From Halocafeteria seosinensis (lineage: Eukaryota): 57,557 nt of DNA. The notes under the pieces were generated by a model. The model was given only the letters and a program-made list of their open reading frames with translations. It was not told where the DNA came from and searched no databases. This document shows positions 1 to 8,814 of the stretch, piece by piece. The stretch is from the NCBI GenBank assembly GCA_001687465.1, contig LVLI01000342.1, positions 1 through 57,557 on the forward strand, given 5' to 3'. The translations under genes were made by a program, and so were the position numbers. How positions within the stretch are numbered: the first letter of the stretch is position 1; the number at the start of each line of letters is the position of its first letter.

Positions 1-337
1 GAATCCGGGCTGAACTTCACAGCGNNTNNTAGTATAGGCTGAGTGTTTTCTTTATATATATCTTAACTCAAAAATACGTTATTTGAGTTATTCAAACACA
101 AAGTTCGCTAGTTGTTACTGATACATGCATATAACTCTTGTGTTACATCGTCTCGTATATAGCCCCAAATGCCACAGTAGTTTAAGGTACCGCACTTCTG
201 ATATGAGGTATGGGGCCTGGTGCGGAAAGTGGGCAGAGGGTACTGGTTCTCGGTAGTGCTGGTATATATATATATAAAATGCTTGCAACAAAAAACCCGG
301 TTCATACTTGTCTATGTGTGTGTGTGCGTGTGCGTGG

Positions 338-473
338 GACTGTGGGCTGCGAAAGTTTCACACAACATTTCTTTTCATTTTTCGACCATGGACTGCGAAA
401 GTTTCACACAACATTTCTTTCATTTTTCAACTGTGGGCTGCGAAAATTTCACACAACATTTTTCTCATTTTTC
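338..473. repeat. Tandem repeat, 3 copies of a 45-46 bp unit
   Basis: The unit gactgtgggctgcgaaagtttcacacaacatttcttttcatttttc starts at 338, 384 and 429 with few substitutions. It follows a (TG)n-like run at ~315-336. Confidence 0.95.
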
Positions 474-519
474 GTTCACTACCCCATGACTTTCAGGGCA
501 GAGGTGTGTTGACGAGGGG

Positions 520-667
520 GTAAAGGTTTTCTTCGTGTGTGAGGGCCAGGAGTATCCCTACTTCAGCAGCTTGTTCGAGTTGTAATGAGGGTACGATTAA
601 GTACGGAGTAAAGGTTTTCTTCCTTAACCATCCGGGGGTTTAAAAAAAAAAAAAAAAAAAGAAAAAA
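520..667 (+). repeat. 15-bp direct repeat followed by a poly(A) tract (probable retroposon debris)
   Basis: gtaaaggttttcttc occurs at 520-534 and 608-622. An A-tract lies at ~640-667. Confidence 0.5.
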
Positions 668-1334
668 CCAAGCCTCGCTATCGGACGAAACTCGGATGTA
701 TACACAGTACGACCCCTGAAAAAACTTATCCTTTTGGATTTCAGTAGATTAGGAGGAGCAGTATATGGTTTGGGATAGTCTTCACGTGACTTATTTCGTC
801 TGCCACAAGAACCCAACATCTGGAAGCTTTGAAGATATATTTCGAAAGCTGATGTCTACGGATATCGAGTGTGAATGGTAGCAATACCTGATCCCAAACA
901 CCCGTATTTCAAGGTTGCATAAAAATGCCATAGAAATGCTGGAAGGGCTTACTGGATTGATTTTCAAGTCGGCGGGATGGGTATTGGGGAAACTGATCTT
1001 CCGCATGTGTGGAGCGGTCTTTCTCGATAGTAACAAGAGTTTACGCGAGCATCTCAATGTAAGGAGTCTTTAAGAACGAGATGTTCGCATCGAAGAACGA
1101 GTGGGTGATCGATCATGTTCGGCGAAGCTGCAAAGTTAAAGTCGACGGCTCCAAGGAACTGTGAGCAAGTCCCTTACTCTGCGGCAAAGGAGCTGCTGGT
1201 TATCAGGTGCTTCATACAAGGTCAAAAATATACAATATGACCTTTAATCAGTCAACCCCTCCATCATGTGAAGGTGCGTCCCCATCAAACTTTAGCGGCG
1301 GACCTATCAAAAACCCATCAAGCCGGGACCCTTC

Positions 1335-2560
1335 AGTATCGTGGAGTGACTCCATATTCATCTTGATCCCGAAGAAGGGGGACCTGGCCCACATGCCCAA
1401 CTTTAGAGGTATTTCCCTCATGACAGTTCGTTTTAAGATACTTATGGTTTTGGTGACAAAGCGGTTGGATGCCGCTTTTGAGGGGCAGGGGCTCTTTTCA
1501 CGAAGTCAGGCGGGATTCCGCAAGTTGGACTAACAACGAAGCCGAATACGAAGGCCTGCTGCTGGGATTGAAACTGGTCTTCGATGCGCTTGACGCATCC
1601 CCAAGTGAGTTACCAGCCCCGGTGGACGTCCGCATGGAATGCGACTCACAAACGATGGTGGATCACATGAATGGCGAAGCCCAGTGCCGCACATCCCGCT
1701 CTTCGAGAGGGCACGGACTGAATGGTTCCACCTTAAGAACCTCCCAATGGTGAGGAGCGCAGAGATTAGGTTCATACGCAGGGCTTCAAACTCGGCTGCC
1801 GACGGCTTGGCCAAGACCGCGTCACAGAGGCAGCATGGACGTGGGAACCGGTTTCGTGGCTTCAGAAGGACCTGGGCAGCCGCACCTTCTTCGATGTCCA
1901 GCAGGAGATGTACTTCAATCTGGGCTATGTTGACGAAACTGAGGTGGACGGAACTCCTGGGGAGCCACCTCTCGCGTCAGGTGGTGGCTTGTCATTGGTC
2001 ACAACTGTTGCGTCTGGACCAACACTTAATCCTGCCTGCGCTGCTGCAACCGGCCCTGGCGTCGGCGTCGCTGTGGCAGGCTCAGGCTCTTCTCCTGCCA
2101 GACTGAGCCTTGACCGTACCCCTGACATCGTGGGCGCAGGCATCCGATGCCTCCTGAGCAAAACCAGTGTTGTGTTCCCTCACGGCGCATGTCAGCAAGA
2201 CTGCAGGAAGAGCGGGCCCGTCGCTGCTTAACACGGGCGCATACCGCTCCTCGTTAAGAGGGTGCGGTCAACTCCCCGGCCGGTGGCCGGCGGTGGGCTA
2301 TCTGTCACATACACACTACTGTATGTGTGTGTGTGGAAGAGTGCCCAAGGCAAGTGGTGGCTCTGTATGAACTCCTGAAAAGGAGGCAGCTTAATGGTGA
2401 TCCGTCGTATGTCCTCTTTGTGGATCTGAAGAAGGCTTACGATACGGTGCCTCTGGGGCGCTTTTCGTAAAACTGAGGAAATATGGAGTCTCCGCGGAAC
2501 CTGTACACGCCTCCAGTCGCATTGGGGGAGGTGAGTTCGAGTGGGTGTACACTCCGTTGA
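1335..2560 (+). mobile_element. Degenerate non-LTR (LINE) reverse transcriptase fragment, interrupted by an insertion at ~1530-2335
   Basis: 5' half reads WSDSIFILIPKKGDLAHMPNFRGISLMTVRFKIL...LFSRSQAGFRKL. It resumes at ~2336 as EECPRQVVALYELLKRRQLNGDPSYVLFVDLKKAYDTVP..LFVKLRKYGV. These are the canonical LINE RT motifs IPK/RxISL/QAGFR/DLxKAYD. Frameshifted and truncated at both ends. Confidence 0.9.
1530..2335 (+). mobile_element. 5'-truncated retroelement 3' end: RNase HI domain, ORF tail, 3' UTR and (TG)n tail
   Basis: TNNEAEYEGLLLGL...ECDSQTMVDHMNGEAQC (frameshift) ...IRFIRRASNSAADGLAKTA carries the RNase H E/D/D motifs of archaeal/plant type. The downstream ORF stops at 2231, and the UTR ends in tgtgtgtgtgtg at ~2324-2335. 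Confidence 0.8.
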
Positions 2561-2844
2561 TACGATATCCTTTACATAACAACGATGATGCGTGTGTGGT
2601 AAACTTCCTTCCCTTTTGTACAAACAAATTGCCTCGTACTTCCGCAATGCAGCTGTTCTCTGCACATTCTGGGTGAAGAATGAGACAATCATTGAGATTA
2701 TCCTTGAAGTTGAGCTTCACAATGGCCGTTAAGGACGAATTGTTGGCTTTACAGTCCTAACGCGAGTACATTACACTCCTAAATTTGTATCAACGTCAGT
2801 AGAAATTGTTCATAATATTTATCCAGAGAGAATAGTCGAGCAAA

Positions 2845-5146
2845 ATGTCTGCTCCGAATCGCAATATACTCCCGAACGCGGGACCAGCAGAGGGCGATGA
2901 GGAGCGAAAACGAGCTGCCAAGCAGTATTTAGAGGAGGTTCGTAAGGATGTGAGTGTTGCATCAGCTACGACAACTACCAAGACGAAGCAGAAGTCGTCA
3001 CATACCATGGATAGTGGTGGAGAGCAAGGAACCTCCTCCTCCGAAGAGGCAACACTGACCAGAACCAGTGAGTTCCGAGCTGGAGACCAACCATTCTTCC
3101 GTAAATTGGACCTGAGTGGAGAGGGAAAAGAGGGTGAAGAAGCAGACTCTTCCATAGGAGATACTGGAAGGAGGTCCTCAGCGCGGGAACAATTAACTGC
3201 CAGGACTTTCGGCGGTGACAGACGCGTGCAGGAGCTCATTGGCACCAGGGAGGACACATCCGACGAGTTGTCACAGCACGATGAAGATACGGAGAAACAA
3301 CAAGAGGAAACAGCTAAAGAAACGGAGGAAAAAAAAAGGGAAGGACAGGGTGAAGAGCAGAAGGAAGAGGATGGACAAGGCGAAACATTCATGACGGAGG
3401 CAAAGATTGCAGGGTACGTTTTGGTGCATTCGTCCTCCTCACGCTTTTGCAACAGGAATGTAACTATAGCGTCTATTGTGCCTACAGAGATGAATTTGAT
3501 ATTAAAGAAGGTGCTTTTCAAAACATTGCGGCAGGAGTTGATGAGGTGAGTCTCTGCCACAACGGAAGCATTCCGTGAGTGACTTGACTTATGTGTGTTA
3601 TCCCTGCAGGAATCGCAAGCAACGCTTCTCCTGAAAAAGCAACAGGATTTGCGTATTGTAGATGATGCGTTAGAATATATGAAGCAGGAGTACAGACAAC
3701 GGATGGAGGTTGGTCTTCCTCTCGCAACATTGCACATGGTATGATACTCACTGTTCCGGTGGTGTACAGGAAGTGAAAGAGAAAGAAGAAAAGCTGTTGC
3801 GAGACAAAAAGGAAATGGAGGCAATGGTGCGCTTGTGTTCATTTGGTCTCCGTCTCTTTTGACGTATCTTACATTCTTTTCTGGTATTTTGGGTACTTCA
3901 GGTTGAAAGATTTAGAGATTTCATTGCTGACAACGATGCAAAAAGAAATCGAGCAGAGCTGAAAGCGCAGGTAAGTTGTCATTTGGAAATGCTTAATAAT
4001 TAGTGGCTGACTAAACTCGCGATTTCAATGACAGTCGGAATCGGATGCGCGGAAGAAATTAGAAATGGAGGCTTACGAACTACAGCAACAGCTTTCCCAA
4101 TTAGAGCAGGAACAGGAGTCATTGGAGACACAGTTAGGTACGCTGAGAACCGAAACAATCAACTCCGGGAGGATCTTTTATACTTCATGATTTTGCACGC
4201 AGCGAGATTGAAGCGTTACAGTAACTATTTAGAGAACTGCCTTAGCCATGCCAAAGAGGACTTCCAAGAGCCTTCAGGTTTGCTCCTACGACACTCTACG
4301 TTAGCGAGGACCAACCAGAGCTTAAACCAGCAATCAAAAGAGATACAGGAGAGCGCCGAAGAGCGTCGTCAGATGGTAGCCAACCTCCAGACTGAGACCC
4401 AAAATCGCGTTCTTGCTCTATCATCTGAGTATCAAGATATGCAGAAAAAACATGAGCAGCTAATTCTCGAACGAAACGAGTTGGAAGCTGCCGCCGAATC
4501 CCGAGAAAACCAGGACCGCCGGTACACCGCTGTTAGTGGAGAGGTTTCGCGCGCTATCCATAATATGTACTGTAGATGTCTATCCACTGCATGGAAGAAG
4601 GCCCTGTTACGGGTCAATGTTGATCCGAATGAAGAACCAGTGAAGTATCTGTTAGAATGCATGGACGTTATTGACTGGAGGCTAACAGATTTGATGAAAC
4701 TCAGCAAAGATTATCCGGCGTGGAAAGCAAATAAAGAACGCGAAGAAAGTGAAAGAGCTCGAGCCGTTGCCAAGTCGCAGCTTCCCCGCTCTCACAGTGC
4801 CACAGGGGGAAGGTCGAGCAATATGGTAAAACATGGTCGCCGAGCCGGCACTACCAAAACTGGGAAGAAAACTCATTTTGATCTTGGTAGTGAGGCAGGC
4901 TCGCAATATTCGGGTCATGAGTCAACAGAAAGCTTGACTGATCTGAACAACTTGGCAACGACAAGAAATGTTGGCACCGGAGAAATTTCGTCAAAGAAAA
5001 AAGCACCAAACGTGTACATGGTCCGGTTGTCGTCTCAAGGAGATAAGAACATGGGTTTAAACAGCTCCTTGAGCAACAGTGTATCACAAGATTACGGGTT
5101 TCAATCCAGTACAAATATAGGAGAGACTTCGCGGGGAGACCTATAA
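2845..5146 (+). CDS. CCDC42/CFAP73-family (DUF4200) coiled-coil ciliary protein, 6 exons
   Basis: Spliced product includes ESQATLLLKKQQDLRIVDDALEYMKQEYRQRME...VERFRDFIADNDAKRNRAELKA...LKRYSNYLE. Five GT-AG introns (first 3414-3487) keep the frame. Stop TAA at 5144-5146. Confidence 0.8.
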
Positions 5147-5836
5147 TAAACCATGCCAATGTTAAACACGTACAGGAGAGAAAGCAGTATGACCTATACC
5201 CCACAGTCATACAGTACAAGTTGTGTCAGAGAAATTTGGATTTTATGTGGAATACAGAATCCTCCGAGTTTACTCAAGATTCTATGTATGTACACCCTTT
5301 CGTTATATGTAGAAAATTAACGCGTTGCTTTCTTACAATGTGATTAGCTTTTTTACACCCTAAAAACTGGAGAGCTCATGTACCATAAACATTCTCTTTT
5401 CTTACGCACGCATTCCAACCATGCTGGTATCCAGAAACGCGTCTACTGAAGAGGTGCTTATTGAGAGGTCTACGACTCTTATGTATCACTAACCCTAAAT
5501 AGCTCTGAGATGTAACCAAAGCCAAAAGCAATTTCCTCGTGCTCGGATTCTGGATTAGAGGCGCTCAGCTGTAGTCTGCACATAATAGTTGTGGTACTGT
5601 GTGGTTCTCGCAGCATAAGCTCGGGTAAGCAAAAGCGCATTGGTAGGGCGTATGAGGAATTCTTAAGAGTTTACCGAGAACTGCTTTATACTCGCCTTTG
5701 CTCCAACAATGAGACTGACCTACACTCCAATGGGGCCCCGGGTGGTTACACACACACACACACACAGAGTCACTACTTGGGCATAGAGTACGTACTGTGG
5801 TACCAGCACAGCTATAGATTACAGTGCTCGCGGACG

Positions 5837-7296
5837 TTACTCTTCACCAGCTTCCTCCCTTCTTAATATTTCATCGATGATAATATCTTCGGTCTCGTCG
5901 GCATGCTTCAACTTCTTGTTGCGAGCAGACTGACAGAGATTTTCCACAGTATAATTGTATTTGTTCCACAGTTTCAGATCACAGCCGGCATCACAAAGTA
6001 CCTTAGCAGCGTTAGGATGTGCAGTTCGGGCGGCAATTTGTATGGCTGTTTCCGGCCCTAAATTGTTATCGTCGTATGACTTTATTTCCGTATCCGCACC
6101 ATGATTGACTAGACTCTGACAGCATTTCCCAGTATCGCTTTGGGCAGACAGCATCAACGCCGTATATCCGTATATATCCTGTTTGTTGACAGTTGCTCCT
6201 TTCTCTAGAAGAAGATCAACAACTTCACTGTTCCCTCGTTCGGCAGCTACCATGAGGGCCGTTCGCTTTGCTTCAGTCTCAGCCTCAATATCCGCAGCAT
6301 TTTCAAGTAAAATTTTACAAGCCTCGACTTGATTGCAAAATGCAGCTTGTACAAGAGCAGTACCACCTCCCTGCAACGTTGAACAAGTCGTGGTTTAAAC
6401 TTCTTTATGGCAGGTGTCTCAACCGGTCTCACTTACCGTAACGTGAGCATTGACATCCACTCCTTGGGTTATAAAATACTTTAAGCTCTCAATTTCGCCA
6501 TCCTTAGCTCTTTGAGCAAGTTTATCAGGATCAATGAGCGCATCTCTGTGCTTTGCGGCTTGCTCCTGTACGCCGGTGCTACTCCACTGCGGACCATGGA
6601 AGAGACAAATCGGTTCCCTGGTTTACACGACTGCCAAATTTGAGGAACGTGTACAAATGTTAAGAAAGAAAACTCGAGAAAAACAAGCAACACAACTGGT
6701 AGAATCCTTTCAGCAGTTTCGGTTGAAGTTGTCTTCAGAACTCTCCTCCAATGTACGCCATATTACTCGTGCGTTTTGCGGCAGGAGAATTCAAGTGCCA
6801 TGGAAGAACCATCCTGAAGGATTCGTACAACACGCCCAGCACGAGACAGCAGTTCGAACAAGGATCTTTCAGTGGGAGAAGATATGCTTAGCAACTGTTT
6901 TCTTCAAGAGACGCCAACGCCTCGCAGAGATCGATGATGACAATCTTCTGAAAGTCGTTGGCGAATCACGATGTCAGTTGGCCTCTGCTTTAAAACACAT
7001 CCTCAAGATCGTCTCAATTACACCCAGCATAGGGAGTCATGTGCGGAAAGCATTACACAGGTCGTGTATAACAAATACTGACGACATAACCACCTCTAGA
7101 AAGCTTGGGTACTTACAGTGTGGATTGACTGGCGGAAGTGCTTCTTGCGGGATCGCAACGATTCGGTAGCTGGTATCTCCGGGATCCCTGTATCTACCGT
7201 CTCTGTCGGCTGACCATCAGCATTATCGGTCGTCACCCCATTCTGTTGGTGGTTATCTTGCGTCTGTTCAGCGGCTGTGGACCCCGTAGAGGCCAT
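5837..7296 (-). CDS. Ankyrin-repeat protein, 3 exons
   Basis: Ankyrin repeats GTALVQAA, RTALMVAAERGNSEVVDLLLEKGATVN and GYTALMLSA. Introns at 6371-6436 and (inferred) 6587-7116. ATG at 7296 (MASTGSTAAEQ). Confidence 0.8.
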
Positions 7297-7491
7297 ACTC
7301 GACCGTAGAAGAATGTCCGGGCGCTGCGCTTCTTCAACTAGGGAATACAATAGCTTAATAAAGCCACAAAGGCACTTTTCACACGGAAGGATTCTTTGTC
7401 TATAGATGCAGAGGTCACCCAATGCTACTAAAACTATCAAATCAACATTGTATGATTGGTCGAACAAAAGAAAGCGCGCGACCAAACTACC

Positions 7492-7505
7492 AAAAAAAAA
7501 AAAAA
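7492..7505 (-). terminator. RNA polymerase III terminator (T14) of the tRNA gene
   Basis: A run of 14 T on the minus strand starts 5 nt after the tRNA discriminator base. Confidence 0.8.
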
Positions 7506-7510
7506 GCGGA

Positions 7511-7638
7511 TGGGGATGGGGAGGCTCGAACTCCCGACCTCTGGATAACTCATCCCGCGCCCGGAGGCAGGGGAAGCTACAGAGAAACTCAGTGGTAGAT
7601 TATGAGACCAACGCGCTAACCAACTGCGCCACATCCCC
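7511..7638 (-). tRNA. tRNA-Met (CAT), elongator type, with a 54-nt intron at position 37/38
   Basis: Minus strand: GGGGATG TG GCGC AGTTGGTTA GCGC G TTGGT CT CAT A [intron 7547-7600] ATCCAG AGGTC GGGAG TTCGAGC CTCCC CATCCCC A. Full cloverleaf with A and B boxes. The T31-T39 mismatch is typical of eukaryotic elongator Met tRNA. Confidence 0.95.
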
Positions 7639-7823
7639 ACCGGAATCGTACCGGGATTCCGAGACAAACTGATGACATTTTCCATATCTATAGTACTCGA
7701 ACTTCAATTTTCGTGGTTAAATACTGTTTTGATGTGCTATAGGAGGTATTCAATCCAAGCATTGTTGATATCCAGTATTGATTGAATTATTTACATTGTT
7801 TAATATATACAACACGGTGCAAA

Positions 7824-8642
7824 ATGGACCGACAAAATCGCCATGGGGCCAAACCTGGAGGAGGCGGGGAAGCCTCCTGGCAGCAACAGGAAATTCAGAG
7901 GAAACAGCGCCTCAAAGAGTTGGCCATGGAGATGGTGGACCTCGATAAGGATCCGTATATCAAGCGAAACAACTATGGTTGGATCATCTGCTCCCTCTGT
8001 GGGACGCTGCACCGCGATGAGGCTGATTATTTGTCCCATACACAAGCCAAAAGGCATCAAAGTAATCTCAAGAAACGAGGTACGTGTGTATTACATACAC
8101 GAGCTGTATTTCTGTCAGTGTACAGGAACACAATGATTGTGTGCTATGTTTTCCGTGCTTCGACAGAGGCCATGGAGAGAGCGCGCCGTGAGGAAGCCAT
8201 GGAACCCTCGGTGCAGCAAAAGCGAGCCCCGAAACGCAAGACCATCAAAATCGGACGCCCGGGTTATACAGTACTTAAACAAAAGGACCCCGAGACGGGT
8301 CAACGAGGATTATTATTTGAGATAGAGTACCCTGAAATAGAGGAGGGGCTACAACCACGTCACCGTTTTATGAGCGCGTATGAACAGCGGGTGGAAGCAC
8401 CGGATAAGAATTATCAGTATATCATATTTGCAGCGGAGCCGTATGAAACCATCGCGTTTAAGGTGCCGTCATTAGAGGTAGATAAAGGGGAAGGAAAGTT
8501 TTGGACAGATTGGGATCCGCAGAATAAAAAGTTCAAAGTAAGTACATTTGTAGTTTGCCACAGGTGTATTGCAACGTTGTATCTCTTTTGCCTCCGTTTG
8601 CAGCTACAAATTAACTTCCGTAACAAGAATCAGAATCAATGA
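7824..8642 (+). CDS. SF3A2: Splicing factor 3A subunit 2 (SF3a66/Prp11)
   Basis: MDRQNRHGAKPGGGG, U1C-type Zn finger CSLCGTLH...HTQAKRH, IKIGRPGY, PRHRFMSAYEQRVE, FAAEPYETIAFKVP. Two introns (~8080-8166, ~8538-8603). Confidence 0.95.
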   Translation: MDRQNRHGAKPGGGGEASWQQQEIQRKQRLKELAMEMVDLDKDPYIKRNNYGWIICSLCGTLHRDEADYLSHTQAKRHQSNLKKRGTCVLHTRAVFLSVYRNTMIVCYVFRASTEAMERARREEAMEPSVQQKRAPKRKTIKIGRPGYTVLKQKDPETGQRGLLFEIEYPEIEEGLQPRHRFMSAYEQRVEAPDKNYQYIIFAAEPYETIAFKVPSLEVDKGEGKFWTDWDPQNKKFKVSTFVVCHRCIATLYLFCLRLQLQINFRNKNQNQ

Positions 8643-8814
8643 TCTCACACACACACACAACGAGATAAGCTAAAGATGCTAAAGTAATATGTAGCGGCAT
8701 TCTTTGTCATCCTCACACCCATAAGTAACTTCAGCGAGAGGTTATAACTCAACAAACATATGACGGAGGCAGTGTACTCGCTGCCTTTAGCTGCAATGCC
8801 ACTACAGTGTAGAT

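Noticed and set aside
12..111. Nested hairpin (taactcaaa/tttgagtta) followed by CTAG, as a Helitron 3' end
   Set aside because: The stem is AT-rich and ~17 nt from the CTAG, the sequence includes Ns, and it lies at the window edge, so support is insufficient.
338..473. CRISPR-like array
   Set aside because: Units are contiguous with no unique spacers, there are no cas genes, and the context is eukaryotic.
1207..1753. Single RT-RNase H polyprotein
   Set aside because: The RT continues after 2335, so the RNase H belongs to an inserted element.
2796..3842. 348-aa minus-strand ORF
   Set aside because: Antisense shadow of the Glu/Lys-rich CCDC42-like exons, with Ser/Leu/Phe-biased composition.
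5488..5500. Telomere-like ctaaccctaaa
   Set aside because: Fewer than two full units, which is expected by chance.
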